Of a DNA stretch of 64,000 bases, positions 22,853 through 37,269 are shown piece by piece (the first letter of the stretch is position 1; each line of letters opens with the position of its first letter). The stretch lies in assembly GCA_013265495.1 (NCBI GenBank), contig MU057947.1:1064048-1128047 (forward strand), read 5' to 3'. This DNA is from Vicugna vicugna (lineage: Eukaryota). The notes below the pieces were generated by a model. It was not told the DNA's origin. It worked only from the letters and a program-made list of their open reading frames with translations, and did no database searches. The position numbers were made by a program, and so were the translations under genes.

Positions 22853-25800
22853 CTACCTCTTTCGTGTTTTAGGACCGCAGCATACAAAGTGAACACTTCC
22901 TCTGGTGTCGCGGGCTACCCTGCAGCTTCCTTGGTCTATAACTGCTCCGGACTGGAATTTAGTGCTTTTGGGGGAATTGACCTTAAACTGGGTTTCTCAT
23001 GCAACTGTTTGCTCTGCTCAAGCCCTCTCCTCCATTTCATAAACAAGGCTTTTAATCTCTGGTCCGTATTTAATAGACTAATTTTGTTTTTAAAGTAGAC
23101 CTTCTCCAAACTTGAAAGTAACCCACACACGAAGGCGGGACAGCACGCAACACCTCTACCGATATGTTCCAGCTGACCTTGCAAATATTTGAACAGAGAA
23201 ACAAAGACAGCTAGAAAGTGTCTGGATTAGAACTAGAAATATGAGTTTGAACATTGAGATGAAATTCCTTTTATAGGTGGGAAGCTAACATTTACCTTAA
23301 GTGGCAAGGATGAGTGAACCATGAGGAATGTTCACTCGGGCTTGATGAGGGGCTGGGCATTGGCCTTCCTCCTTCTGGGGACACGTTCTTCTGTTGGTCC
23401 TAACTTCGGGATTCAGACAGGGACTGCTTTCTCCTGCTCTGTGAAGGGCAGACCCCCAGCCTAGTGGGGCGAGTCCTTGACCCCGTCCAGCCAGCAGAGA
23501 GCCGGGACGCACGCCCGGGTACTGGCGCCCCTGCACCTTCCCGAGACACAGCACCCGTGGCGGAGGGCTCTGCGCGCAGACGTGGGCGGTGAGCTGTCCG
23601 CGCTCCCCGGTCTGGCCAGACTGTCGATGGGTGCGTGGTGGGGGCCGCCTTTGGCTCTCATCCCCTGAACTGGGCTGGGGGCAGAGAGAGCCTCTGTTCA
23701 GCCTCAGAGAGGGGAGGGTGGTGGGCCAAGCTCTGGACCTGGAGAAATTGGCTGCCTGGAAAGACAATCTGATTTAAATTCAGAGGTTCTCCCAGTTTAC
23801 GCTCATTAAGAAGAAGTGCAACTCCGCACAGGACTGCTTGGTAAATTAGCACGGGAAGCGCTGGGAAGACAAGCCAGCTAGATTATAACCCTTTGAAAGC
23901 CCCTAAATACCCGCCGGCAGGTGCACTGCCCCCGGCTGAGCCCCAGCTGCATCCTGACAGCCGGGCCGCTGCTCGCCCGCCCGGGACTCAGGTCTGAGAG
24001 GAGGCTGGCTGCCTTCCCGGCCTGTCCCCACGTTCCCTGCAGCCCTGCCAGCGGGGAGGGCGGGCTGGGCTTGAAGGGATGACGAAACAGAGGAAACTTA
24101 GCAGCGCTCCTCGAGGCCACGTCTCCAAGGCCAGCGCGTCCCTGGGGTCCGGCCCAAGGCCTGGGGCTGCCTGACCCACAGTGGCTCTGGCTGTGAGAGG
24201 GACAGGCCAGTCCACCCGGCGGCCCCGCCGTCTGTCAGGCAGCCATGTGGAGCGGGGCTGTGGCAGGGCCGCCCTCTGGCCCTGCCCTCGGGGACACTGA
24301 CTAGCGCCGGGGGAGGAGCAGCGGCCCTCAGACCCCTCCTCTTGCCTCTGAAGTGACACTGGCGCGCTGGCAGTGGGGCCTTGGGCAGAACCTGCTGCGG
24401 GCCGTGTCCGCAGGCGGCTCGTATGGTGCCGGAGGGGAGCCATGCTGTCACGTGGGCTCACCCTGGAAGGGCTTGCGGGTGGGGCTCAGGGACCCTGGCT
24501 CTCCCTTCACAGCACAGCGCAGGCCTGAGCTCGGCCCCCCTCCCGCGCAGCACCGGGGCTCCTGGGCACAGCTGAGACCACAGACCTGCGCTCACCTCCG
24601 CGGGGCGGAGGAGCGGCCTCAGGGTTTCCATCTGAGCCAGGCTGACAGGACGTGGCTCAGTGGTGGGGACGTCAGAAAACTCTGGGGCCCGGGCTGTGTC
24701 TGCCACCCACAGATGGAGGCAGAAATGAGCTACTTTCTAGGTACCTTGGCGAAGAGAGGAAATGTTCTGAGCTGATTCTGGCGCCTGGAAGATGGGTGAT
24801 TCATGAGTCAGTCAGGCATCAGTAGGGTTGTGTGAAGGGTGAGATGAGTGGGACCCCGAAAGCCAAGCTCAGTTTCTGACATGAAATTTCTCTGTTGAAA
24901 CCAACACAAGAGACAAGATCAGAGTCTGGCGGGCAGTCACTCTGCCGAGAAATGCGTGGGCTTCCCTGCCCCATCTGGACGTTGTCTGCTCTAGGTGACT
25001 GGCGAGCTCACTCAGACCAGCAGTGGGGGAGCTGCCGAGGCTCGGGTGTGGCGCGGCCCCAGGGACCAGGCTGCGGTGGCCCACTTGTGGCCCTCTCCTG
25101 GCCTGGCCACCTTTCTAGGTCCCTTCTCAGGCGAGAAGGGACATGCTCTGGCCACTTCCTCTTGCTCATCTTGCCTCCGGGGACAGGTCATGGAATTGGG
25201 TCTCCTGGGCCATGATCAGCCTGTCCTGTGTCCTGGGCTGATCCCTAACCCGGTTCCCGTGACCAGAGGAATGGGCTGCCCTGGTCGACGCCGCTCCGGA
25301 AGCTGGGTGGTCAGAGGGGTGCAGGCTGGGCGGGGGACAGCGGTGGGTCAGTCCTCTCCTCGTCCCACTGTGTCACCTGCCTTTCAGAATTCCTTTAACT
25401 CTATCTTTCTAGGTCCCTCTTCTTTTCTCTAAAATCAGTACATTTTCATTTCTGAAATTTCTGAATATTGTCATTTACAGTGTCATGGCTTACAGCTGTA
25501 ATTGCCAAAAGGGCTGCGGGCAAACGAGGATTTTTTTGGCTCGTGTAACTGAACACGTGGAGTGAGAATGTCCATGGCGAGTGCAGTGCCGTCCTGCTGT
25601 GGGGACCAGTGGCCCTGTCGCTGCTGTTTTGGGTGTGGAAGACTCTTTGCCCTGCACAGTCCTCACTCCCAGCTGCCCGATCGTGACCCTTTTCCTCCCC
25701 CAGTGTCCCGGGGGGAGTCACTGGGACCAGGGCCGAGGGAAGGGTGTGCTGAGCCTCGGCGAGGACCCTCCTCCCTGGGGAGGGTTTGGAGGTGTACCCC

Positions 25801-26339
25801 CACTGGTCAGAAAGCAGCCAGGGCCAGCACTCACTGGCCATGGCAAACGGGAATGGCCCACTGCTCAGCGGTTCTGGGCCGAGCTCCTTGCTTGGTCACC
25901 GTTCCCGAAGGCCTAAGGGATCCGGAACCTGTCTGTGGTTTTCTGTGGCATCAGTTTCCTTTAAAGAAGGCGGTGGTGTCAGCAGGCATCCTGGCAGTTT
26001 TGGACATAACCTTCACGTCTAGTGACCATCCTTCTATTCAGTGAGCGCTGCCCTAAAACGAAACCATGTAGAGCAGGATGGGCAGAGTGATGAAGAATCA
26101 TCTTCCCAGAATCAGCGAGCTGTTGGTCTTGTATCCTTTCCAGGTCCCTGGGGCTGGAGCCAGGAGGACTTTGGGGGCACTCAGAATCCTGGGGGAGCTC
26201 TGTGTCTGAAACCTGGATGCAGGGGTTTTCAGAAGAGGCTGGTGCTGTGTAGGATGGCTGCTGGCTCGACCAACAGCCCCCCGAGCGGCAAAGGTACTCT
26301 CCCGTGTCTTCTTCTCACAGCTGTTTTCTTCAAGCTTTT

Positions 26340-29300
26340 ATGATTGGGATGCATTTTGAATTAATTTTTGTGTACGGCGAGTGCCAAGGGTGGAGGGCTT
26401 TAGTTCCGTACGACTGGTTGTTCCAGCACCGTGTGTGGTGAAGATGCTCCTTGTCCCGTGAGATCGCGTCTGTGCCTTTGCGGAGCCTGCTCTGGCTCCC
26501 TCTGTCCTGCTCCGTGGCTGTGTTCGTTGCTATTTTACGCCGTTGTCACGCTGCCTTGACTACTCTTGCTCTGTAGTAAGCACTGGAGTTGGGTAGTAGG
26601 CGTGCCAGCATCATTCTTCGTTTCTAAGATCGTTCTGGCATTTTCAGGCACTTTGCATTTCCATACAAATTTTAGAACCAGCTTGTGAATTTCTGCCTAA
26701 AAGCCAGCTGTGCCTTTTGATTGGGATTATGTTAAATTTACAGAGAAATTTTGGGGCAGTTGACATTCTTAACAAGACTGAGTCTTCAGAGCCATGAACG
26801 CAGGATGTCTTTTCATTTGGTTAGGTCTTTTTTAATGTGTCTCGGTAATGCTCTGTGGTCTGTAGTGATGTATTGCTTGTAGTTAGTGCATTTATCACTA
26901 AGTCTTTTGCTTTTTGATGCTATTGCGAAAGGAATTAAAAAAATTTCATTTTCCAGTTGTTTGTTGCTAGGATATAAAATTATAGCCTGTTGTTGAATTT
27001 TAAATATGTGTTCTGTGACCTTGCTGATTCATTTACTGGTTCTAAGAGTGTCATACATTCCTTAGATTTCCTGTGTAAGCAGTGGGGTTTTATGCACATG
27101 GGCGGTTTCACTTCTCCTTTTCTAATCCCTGTGCTGTTTATTTGCTTCTTCTTGTCTGATTACAAAGGCCGGGACATTAGCATAATACTGAGTGTCAATA
27201 CCCAGAGCAGACGTCATTGCGTTGTTCCTTCCGCTGGCGAGAAGCATTCAGTCTTTCAACATTCAGTGTGACTTCGGCTTTTTTTTTGTTTTTTGATAGA
27301 TCCTTTAGCAGGCTGAACATGCTCCTTTCTAGTCCTCCTTTGCTGAGATTTTAAAAATGGTTGTAGAATTTTGTCAAATGATGAAATGCTTTTGTCTGTG
27401 TCTGTTGAAATAATCGTACGATTTTCTTTTATTCTATTAATAACGTGACGTATTTATTGCTTTTCTAACGTTAAACCCCCCGTGCATCCCTGGGGTAACT
27501 CTCGCCTGCTCGTGTGGTGCTATCCTCTTCATGTTTGCTAGCACTTTGTTAGGGACGCACGCACGTCCCATGAGGTGTGCGTTTCTGGCACTACCTTGGC
27601 TGCAGTGCGCTCTCCGGGTTACTGTGCTAGAGCCCTGCTGGCCTCGCGTGGTGGAGTGGCGGACGTCCCCTCCCCCTCCGCCTCGATCGTCTGGAGGAGT
27701 TTTTGCAAGGATGGTGTTGTTCTCTTTTTTTTAACATGTGTTGGGCCATTCCAATTTTCCGATTTATCCATGTCGAAGTTGGCAAGCTGCGCGTTTTTCG
27801 TGGAATCTGTCCATTTCATCCAAGTTGCCAGGCTTGTCGGCAAACAGCTTTCAGCTACTCCTGTGTTTCCCTTTTGAGATCTGCAGGTTCTCCACAACTG
27901 CTCTGCCTTCATCCCTGACACTGACGCTTCGTCTTTCCTCTCTTTTCAGCTGGGACAGCGGGGGATTTAAGGATGTTGTGGATCCTGTTTTCTGTTTCAC
28001 TGATTCGTCGTGTCTTTATTATTTCCTTCCTTCTGTTTACCGTGGTTTTACTTTGCTCTTCCTTTGCTAGGTTCTTGGGTTGCACACTCTTTCATGAATT
28101 TTTCAGCTGCTTTTTCTAGTGTAAACATTTGAAGTTACAAACTGCTCTCTCAGCACATTCCACAAATTGTATTACTTGTCTCTTCATCATCACTCAGTGT
28201 GAATATTTTCTAAATGTCCCTCGTGTTCATGTCTTCTACGTGACAGGGGTTCTTTAGGAGTACGTTGTTTAATTTTTACACATTATCGGCTTTTCGACGT
28301 GTCTCATCATTGTTACTTTCCACTTTAATTCCACTTTGGTCAGAGAACACACCATACGATCTCACTCCTTTTATATTCAAGAAGTCTTGTTTTCCTGGCC
28401 TGCCTGGTGTGCCCTGGTGAACGTGCTTGGAGCACTTGCACAGTGTGTGTGTTTCGCCGTCTTTGGTTGTCATAGAGAGTGAATCTATAGCTTTGCTCAT
28501 TTTAAATTTATTCTGTGAATCCATGAGAGCAGGACGTTAAACTCTTCAACAGCGCCTGTGGAATTGTCTGTCCTGTTAATTCTGTCCGTCGTTGCCGCGT
28601 GGAGTGTGACATCCTGTTAGGCACCTGCATGTTCATGATTGTTTTGCGTTTCCTGTTTCTTCATATATCTTGCAGGTTTGAGTTATGTGCTATCCCTTGT
28701 GAGTGAGAGGGCGCTGAGACTCTGGACTGTGTCCTGTGCCTCCAGAGAGGACTCGCTTTCTTTGTCAGGCAGGCGGTATATGTGGCTGCGTTCACACCTC
28801 CAGTCCCGTCTCTGGTGGTGGGAGCAGCTCGTGCCCAGGCTCCATCCCTGCCCCTCAGCGGGTCTGCGCCGTTCGGCCGTCAGCCGGAGGTTCGGTGGAG
28901 CTTGTGCACACAACCCGGTCCCCCTGCCCGTCTCCTCTCCAGCGTTTCCGTTCATTCCCCGGTGGGTGTGGTTGCCCCACACTCTTTCCTCTGGTTCTTT
29001 AAGCCGGAAAGAGGGAGGATTCCTTCTTGACGTTTAGCTGCCCTGAATGCCGCAGATTTGAACCTGCTCTTAGACTAAAAATCATAAAAATGGGAGCCTC
29101 ACCCCTTGCTGGTTCCTTTTTCCAAACGTCTACTCTCCACTAGGGTTTACCTGCTTTTTATCTCTTCACGGCCTTCAGATTTAAAAATAATCTGGTCCGA
29201 AGTTTTTAGTTGTTGTGTGTGGGAGAATTGGTCCAATAGGAGGTGTCTGTCTGGAACCAGAAGTAGAATCATCCGTTTTCTTTTTATTTTCCAAAATTTT

Positions 29301-29470
29301 GTCGCTGTTGACATCTGTACTTAGATTCTGTCTGTAGGAACTTAGGTTGTTTTTCTCCTTTTGCTATGATTTTAATTTTATTTTTGGTAGCAGCTATAAA
29401 TGCATTCATTCAAGCTTCCACGTCTAGAATCTAGAGTATTTTCTCTTCTGAACAATTTCCAGAAACACCC
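26340..29470 (-). mobile_element. Old, internally deleted L1 (ORF2 and 5' remnants)
   Basis: Blocks homologous to ORF2 of the young L1 (cattttgaattaatttttgtgta; ttgattgggattatgttaaattta; ttccactttggtcagagaa), with many stops. Confidence 0.8.
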
Positions 29471-30769
29471 TGGGCCACAGGGCGTACACGCTCCGCGGCC
29501 TGTGGGGGGTGTTCACTTGTCCTCGGTTTCGTTTTCACCCCTGCGCGCCCTCCAGCAGTGAGGACCTGTCTGCAGAGGGGCTGGGCTCGCTTTCCCTCAC
29601 TCTCCCCGGTAGGGGGAGGGCTCACGGTTCCGCCCAGTCTGCACCGGGCCCAGAGAGTGCCTGGCAGAACGCCCGGAAGGAGGGCTCTGCCAGCCTGAGA
29701 CACAGGGTAGAGTCCCCGCCTTTCTTGGTTGATCTGAGCCTCACTGGGCTGCGTTTGCATTTTTATCATCTCTGCCTCTGCTCCTGTGATCAGCTTGCCC
29801 CGAGTTAGGGCTGTGGGTTTATCGTGCAGTTAATTCCCGGCCAGTCAGAGAATGAAGTAGTTGAGAGGCAGGAAAGCACTGGAAGGCCTCATACCAGGTG
29901 CTGTTTGAATCGACCTGGAGACCCCCTGGAGCAGTCAGGTCGGTTCTCAGGGGAGAACATGAACCAGCGGCTCCTGGGTTGATCTGGGGAGAAGCTGGCG
30001 GCCTGATGACGTCACTGACCTCGCTGTGCCCCCGCTCGCCCGGGCTCCCCCTCGGTAAGCGCATCGGAACCCCTCAGGGCCCAGTCACTGCCTTCTTCTT
30101 CCCTTGTTTGCCCTTCGGCTGCCCTGTGACACTCCTGTGGACGTGATGTCTCAGCTGCCCTCGAGATGCCGAACTGCGGGAAGCGGACGCCCAGAACACA
30201 AGGTGCCCTGGAGGGAACGTCAGTGCTGACCCGGCAGGGAACAGCCACGATCCTGGGAGGGCTCCCCTGGCTGGCGGAAGGCTGAGGCTTCAAGAAGGGA
30301 GGCACCTGAGACTTGAGTTTTGATTTCAAGGGGGAGGGTCCTCCTTCCTGCTCTCTGACTCGGGGTGGTCAGGACACACAGGTCTTCCTCCACTTACAGT
30401 GGGGTCACCTCCTGATAAACTCATCGGAAGATGAAAGGCCCCTAAATCGAAAAGCATGTAACGTACCTGCCCTACGGAACATCACAGCTCAGCCAGCCTC
30501 CCTTAAGCGTGCTCAGAACACTTACGTTAGCTGGGCGAGACGCAGCCTCTCTTAGGACAAGGTGTGGACTGTCTCAGTAGTTTATCGGGTGCTGTACTGA
30601 GAGTGGGAAACACAGCGGCGCTCTGGGTGGAGCTTGGTTGGAAGTGTGTTGGGGGTTCACCCTTGTGATCGCGGGGCTGACGGGGCTCTGTGGCTGCTGC
30701 CCCTCCCAGCATCCCGAGAGGATGGGACCCTGTGCCGCTGGCCCCTGGGAAGATCTAATTCAACACTGA

Positions 30770-30858
30770 AAGTGAAGTTCCTGCTGTATGCAGGTCATTT
30801 CCACACCATCGTAAAGTTGGAAAATCAGCAGTCAAACCCCCGTAAGTCGGGGACCGTC
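30770..30858 (-). mobile_element. Tigger5/MER47-type DNA transposon terminus
   Basis: caccatcgtaaagttggaaaatc...gtaagtcggggaccgtc is the reverse complement of the CAGATGGTCCCCGACTTACG... terminus. Confidence 0.65.
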
Positions 30859-31566
30859 GTGGATGGAGCTGAGCTCCCGGAGAGAACAGCATGTTCATCT
30901 GCTGGCGTTACTGTCTTCATGGGAGGGTGAAAGTCTTGCTCAGACTTTTGTGCTTCGTTAAGGAGGTGGTTTAGAATCCATCTAGGTCTAACTTTCACTT
31001 TGATCTCGCAAGGGCTGTCTTATCTGACAGCGCAGGGCTGGCAGGGTGGCCTTGCCCCGCCTGCACTCAGCGCTGTCACCATGGAGTGGACGGCGGGGCA
31101 TCCCGTGGGCCTTGCCCTCCAGGCTGAGATGTCTGAGCTGACGGCACTGCCTCCCAGGGCGCTGTGATCACGTTGGATCTGAGGGCCTCTGAGACCCACA
31201 TCATTTTCTTGATTTCTTTGCTGGTGTGACAAAGGTGAAGCTCATTTTGGGGAAAGTTGGAGGCAGGCAGAGCTGAGTGGTGAGACACAATTAAAAGCCA
31301 TTTATAATTTTCGTTGAGTATCAAATTTCAGAGATGGTGTGGTCCTGGCTGAGTCCCAGGCAGAGCGTCCCCCCACGCTGGTTTTCCACGGGCCTCCCCT
31401 GTCTCTGGGCCCCGTTTCCCAGTTACGTGATGGACTAGAAAAAACTCTCGGTGGGAGGGTGGGCTTTCTTTTCCAGGCGAAGCTTGGGAACGTGGGCTGC
31501 AGGAGGAGCTTCTGCTCCTGCAAGTGCAGAGACGGGGAGGATTTTGAAGGCGAAGATGACGCTTAC

Positions 31567-31963
31567 TGTAGTGGGGTGAAAAGTGTCCCCCAGAGGCTTT
31601 TCCAGGCCCTGACCCCGGTACCTGGGAATTTGACCTTATTTGGAAATACGGTCTTTGCAGATGTGATCATGGTGAGGACCTCAAGGTGAGATCACCCTGG
31701 ATTAGGGGTGTCTAAACCCAGCGTTGGGTGTCCTTAGATGGGACAGAAATGGAAAGGGCACACAGAGACATAAGGGGAAGCCACGTGAAGGCAGAAACAG
31801 AGATTGGGGTGATGCGGTCACCTGGGGCTACCAGGAGCTGGACGCGGGCTTCTTGAGCCCCTGGACAGTGTGCAGCCCTGCCGACACCTTGATTCCAGAC
31901 TTCTGGCCTCCAGAACCGTGAGAATATGTTTCTGTTAAGTCACCCAGTTTGTCGTAAACTCAC
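31567..31963 (+). mobile_element. MaLR solo LTR (MLT1C-like)
   Basis: tgtagtggggtgaa...gaccttatttggaaatacggtctttgcagatgt...ccttgattccagacttctggcctccagaac. Confidence 0.85.
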
Positions 31964-32389
31964 ACCCGCCCCACACCTCCTCCAGATGTCACCCTCCGCC
32001 CTCTGCAGTGATTTCTCCTACCGGCCTTACTCTGCCCTGCTGGCCTGTGGTCCCCTGGCTGGTCTTTTCAGCTGTCCTTACGGCTATAGTCCCAACTTTT
32101 CAGATGTTTCCTCCGTGTTCACTAGTGGAGAGAGTGTGTTTACTACCAAGGTGTCAAGTCTTTGCCAAGTGCCCAGCAGTTGGCCTTGCTCCTTTGACAT
32201 TTTTACAGCCCTTACTCCTAAGGAACTGGGTACCAGTCACCCTCTGCAGTTTGGGTCAGAAGGAGGCCAGCAGCCACAGCCGAAGGCCACCCTCCACCCT
32301 GAATGCCAGAGTGGGCTCGGGCCTGATGTTCTGCCTCAAGGAGAGAGCCTAGCTGAGATGGACATTGGTGGCTTTTGCTGCCCTGTGTC

Positions 32390-32918
32390 TGGTCCATAGT
32401 TCGTCTGTGGGAGAAGGACCCCTTCCCAGCCCCCATCCGTGTAGCTGAGCCCAGGCACCTGGGTGAGGTTGGCAACCAGCCAGTGGGATGAAATTCTGAC
32501 GCTTCTATTTGAGCTGCTGGGGAAGGGGACTCTCTTCTTTCTGTAGAACCAAATGTAGAAGTACAGAGGGCGGGGTACCGCAGCCATTCTGTCATCATGA
32601 GGGGAAAGCCTCCTTAAGAATGGAGACGACACCTGGGCTGGGACTAGGGAGAGGCCAGCGAGGCACAAGGGTGCAGAATTTAAGGAGGTGTCACTCTCAG
32701 GGTGGTGCAAGTGCAGGTTGGCCCTGGACAGCACCATTGAAAGCAGAGCTGAGAGAGAGGAATACAAGAATTCCTGGTGACATTGTCTGAGCTCCTGGAT
32801 CCAACTGTGCCTGAAGCTGTTGACCCCCAAGTTATTCAGTGTGTGAGCCAGGACGTTTTCTTGTGCTCAAGCCAGTTTGACTTGGATTTTCTATCTCTTG
32901 CAGTCTCGCCCTTGTAAC
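32390..32918 (+). mobile_element. Old MaLR LTR (MLT1J/K-like)
   Basis: gcagccattctgtcatcatgagggga...ctcctggatccaactgtgcctgaagc...caagccagtttgacttggattttct. Confidence 0.65.
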
Positions 32919-33698
32919 ATACGTGCCCCTGTGTTATTCCCCGCTGAGGTTGGGAGGGTGCTGTGGACCCCTCCCCAGAGTCTGCCTGAGAATCTTAATG
33001 TGGAAGTCCCAGCGTCAGATGTGAGTCTCCAAGGCCTCGGTCTCAGTGCTGTTCCTCCCTAAGGCCACTTCGTTTCCTGAAGCGGGCCTCCTGCTCGCCT
33101 TTGAAACCCCTGAACGCAAGGCGGGGACTATCCTGTGAGCTGGGCGTATCCCAGGACCCTCGCCCTCCAGGAACAGTCAGTGGAAAGAACCTGGAGGTCA
33201 CAGAGACAAGGCATCTGGTCCAGGGGTGCTGGTTTCATCCCAGAGATGCCTAAGGCGGACGTGACGACTGGTGGTTTCTAGGGAAATGTGTGTGATGATC
33301 TCAAGTCTGAGCCGGGCAGAAGGTCTGTGGTTACAAAATGAAATTCAGTTTTCAGAGAGCTGAGGAGGCTCCCTGCACCCACCGTCATGAGTCTGCGCGG
33401 GAATCCAGGCGAGGACGCAGGGGCCCCGGCGCTGGTGCCCTGCTCACCCGGCCTCACTGCCTTCCTTGCTGTGAGCCTCTGGCCTCAGGCACCCCGCCCA
33501 GATCATGCCAGGACTGGGTGGCCTCCGTGGGGACATTGTTTATAGTTTGTCCCTTCTCTTGCGCCCCTGTCCCCAAGACAGGCTTGCTTCTGAGCTCACA
33601 GCCCGTATATTTAAAATAAAAGGTTATGATGGGATAAACATGCAAGGACATTGATGAGCTGTCCTGGATTGGAGAACTACAGAGAAAACCAGAATTCC

Positions 33699-34124
33699 CT
33701 GTGGTAGACGCAGTAACCCCTAAGGATGTCCGCATCTCGATCCCCAAAACCTATGGGGACCTTACATGGCAAAGGGGACTGCAAGTTTGACTAAATTAAG
33801 GCACTTGAGATGGGGAGATTATCCTGGGTTTTCTGGATGGGTCCAGTGTCCTCACAAGGGTCCTTATGAGAAGGAAGCAGGACACAGAGTTTGGTGGTGA
33901 GCAGAGGTCAGAGTGATGTTGGGCAGAGCCCAGGAACCAAGAAGGCAGGTGGCTTCTGGAAGCTGGAAGGCCCAGGACATGGAATTTCCCCCAAAGCCTC
34001 CAGAAGATATGAGCTAATGGCTTGAGTTTAGGACTTCTGGCATCCAGAACTGTAAAAGAGTAAATCTGAGTTGTTTTAAGCCACTAGTTTCTATTCTGTT
34101 ACAGCAGCCATGAGAGGCTCATAC
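33699..34124 (+). mobile_element. MaLR solo LTR (MLT1D-like)
   Basis: tgtggtagac...ttgagatggggagattatcctgg...gttgttttaagccactagttt...ttacagcagccat...cataca. Confidence 0.85.
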
Positions 34125-35459
34125 ATTTGCCTCTGCCAGTTAGTGGGGATCCTGCGTTTGCCTGATAAATGCACCCTGGGCACCAGAGGTAACACGCGAT
34201 GCCCGCGGCACCAGGCTGGGCAGTGAGGTGCCTGCGATCCCCACCACAGTGTGACCTTGGAAGGCCACTGGGGATGACTTGCTGAAGGGGCCATGTGGGT
34301 CCCCAGGAGGAGGTCTCCACAGCCTGGCTCCTCCTCTGGGCTGGAGGTGTCCACACCAGCAGCATCTCCCTCTCTGGATAAAGTGATCTCTGATGTTTGG
34401 CGAGGTGTTGCTGGATACGATATGACATTGCAGTCCAAGTGATTTCTGGGGCAGGTTAAAAATAAGACAGGGAATCCCGGAGTGCAGTTGGAAACACCAA
34501 GGGCGGCGTCCCAGCCTTTATGGTGTGAAATTCCACTTTCTCGCCTTGAGACTCGCCCCACCTGCACCGACTTAAACTGGTACGAGTTACTTCTCTGTTG
34601 CACCCGCCTCCCTGAAAAGGAGGCCTCCTCTGCTGACACTCTTCCCCACCCCATATTCGTGGAAATCACAATAAACAGATTTTGTGCAATCTATTTATAC
34701 AAAGCACTGAGTTTATTGCTCCCTGAGATTGAAACCTCCAGCGAGCACTTGCTTTGCTGGTCTGCTGAGTAGCACGTGGGGAAGATGTGTATTTAATGAT
34801 ACGGTGTGAACCAGGGAGCTCACTTCCCATAATCGTTTTGTTATGGTCAATCAAAGCCTAATATCCTTTTTCACAGTATTTTCTGCTGTCCTAAATCTTC
34901 CCCCTGAAAAGCAATAATGGGAAGGCCATCAGTGGGGCTCGTGAGGAAATGATGGTGCTTAGAGCGGCACCGATGATGGGCCAGCAGCACTGCTGCCTCT
35001 TGGGGACACCGTGGACGTTGGAATGCCCTGGGCAGCAGCCCGGCGTCGGTCCCTGCCCGGCGTGTTATTAATAGTAAGATCAGCAATTTGGCTGCAGAGT
35101 AGGGCCGGCCGGCTCTGACAATCAGCCCTCGGACCTACACGCTTTCCTGGACTCTGGAACCATCTGCAGGACGGCATCTCGGTGGGGAGAGGAGAAGGGG
35201 GGCGAAGTGCTGACTGCAGGGGTTCTTCTTGGAGGGTGTGAGCATCACCCCTGGGGCTGCACCCTCCCCAATCATGGGGGATCCCCAGATCCACAGGGTG
35301 TGGTGTTCACTTTCCTGCCATGAGAAGCCGAGGTTTGAGCGTCTGCACTTTGTTCCTTTCTTGCAGACATTGTGTGGAAAAGGGAATTTCTAGGCATTGG
35401 CTTGGATAAGCTTGGAAGACTGGCAACATCACAAAGGACAGAGGTCACATTGGTCCCCT

Positions 35460-35848
35460 GCATAAGTCATCCAGGGTTGTCAGGGGACCACAGATTGAGT
35501 GGATGAAACAGTAGAAATATACTTCCTCAGAGTTCTAAAGGTTGGAGGCCTGAGGTCCAGGGGTCGTGGGGTTGATTCCTTGTGGGGCCTCCCTCCCTGG
35601 TGTGTGGATGACTGTCTTCTTCTGTGTCATCACGTGTCTGTCCTGTGTGCACGGCCTCCCTGGTGTCTGTCCACATTTCCTCTTTTTCTAAGGACATTGG
35701 TTGGATTGGATCAGGGCCTACCCTATTCAGCCTCATTTTACCATAATTACATTTTGAAAGGCACTGTGTCCAAATACAGTCCCACTCTACATGCAGGGGG
35801 ATAGGACTTCCACACACAGGTCTTGGGAGACATGGTTCAGCCCTTTGC
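35460..35848 (-). mobile_element. MaLR solo LTR (MLT1A-like)
   Basis: ggacattggttggattggatcagggcc...ccaaatacagtcccactct...gggagacatggttcagccc. Confidence 0.8.
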
Positions 35849-37269
35849 ATCCATGTGTCTGTGGCTCTATCCTGGTAACATTGGGAAACACACCAGCTCG
35901 AGGCACTGTCTAGCATTTATTCCTCATTCTGATGCCTGCTGGATGTGGTACCAGCCTGTGGGTGGGCTGGTTTGGGGCTGCAGGCCAGGCTCAGCTCTGC
36001 CCCATGTGTCTCATCATTTTGGGATCAGTGACCGCTCGGATTCTGGTCAGAGCCTAGGCTGCACCAGCCTGTCTCGGTCACCTCCACCAGTTTCCGTCGG
36101 CCAAAGCCTGGCTCATGCCAAGAGTGTAGGATCTTTTTCAGAGTTACATATGCATATATAAACTGTGATCTTTTCATTTCTACTCTTTTTTTTCATCCTT
36201 TCTTAATTCAAATTTCTGCTAATCACTGGTCCCATTTTCTAGTTGGCCTGTTGTATTTTTCACTGAAATGCTCCCTTTTTATGGTCCCTGATGTTACTCC
36301 CAGGGTGTGTGCTGTCATATGAGGGGCCTGCAGCAGCTCCAGCCTGTTTCACCGCCACACGTTTGTCTTCCGGGTGATGTGATGTGTCTCACCTTCCCTC
36401 TTAGCTGGTGTAATTCTCTAGGTGTAACAGACAAGTGATTATTGACGAGATGAAACATATGAGCTGAAGCTGTCATTCACAGCGGCCGACTCCTCAGTTG
36501 TCATTAAAGGCTACAAAGTACATGATGGTGGATTTGAATTTTGTCGGCACTGTGGGATTAGTACTCTGGGGGAGTTCAGGACTTGGGCTGCAGACATGTG
36601 CCAACAATTACACTTTTGTCGGTAACAGAAATGAATCTGTTCTATTTTCAAGGGATGCAAGCTTTCTGCTCTATCCTCCTTCAGATTTAAGAATAAATCT
36701 TACGCTGTGTGGTTTGTCATGTATTTCACGAGCCAGTGTCTGTTCTTCCTGAGAAAGCCTGGGTATTCAGATATCTTCTGGCTACTCAGTCGGAGTCACA
36801 GCTACTGGAATTTCATGGGTATTTGAGTCAATGGGACCAAGGTCATCCCTGCGGTGCCCAAGGAGTGATCCCAGCCAGTGGCTTTGCTCATCTGCAGAAC
36901 CAAGGCAGTGGAATGGCTCACTTAGCCTCGGAACCGTGGTGGGGTGTGCAGGCGAGGAGCTGAGTCACAGCCGTACCCGCGGTGGAGTGTCTCCCAGCCG
37001 CGTCTGACCAGTGGGGCTGGTGGAGCATCTGAAAGCTGTGTGGCCCAGCCATGCTGTGTCCTCATGTGAAGTGAGCGGGCAGAGCTGAGCACATCCAGAG
37101 CAAAGCCAGCTCCCGGTGTGGAGGGTTCCGAGCTATGCATAGGCAGGGGATTAATTCATAGCCAAAATGGGGAGCCTGTTTGGGAGACTGAGGGTTACCC
37201 AGGGCGGCCCCTCCCTTTCCTGCCAGGCAGGGGAGATGGGATGGAGGTCTGTGCTCCCGCCGTGGCTCT

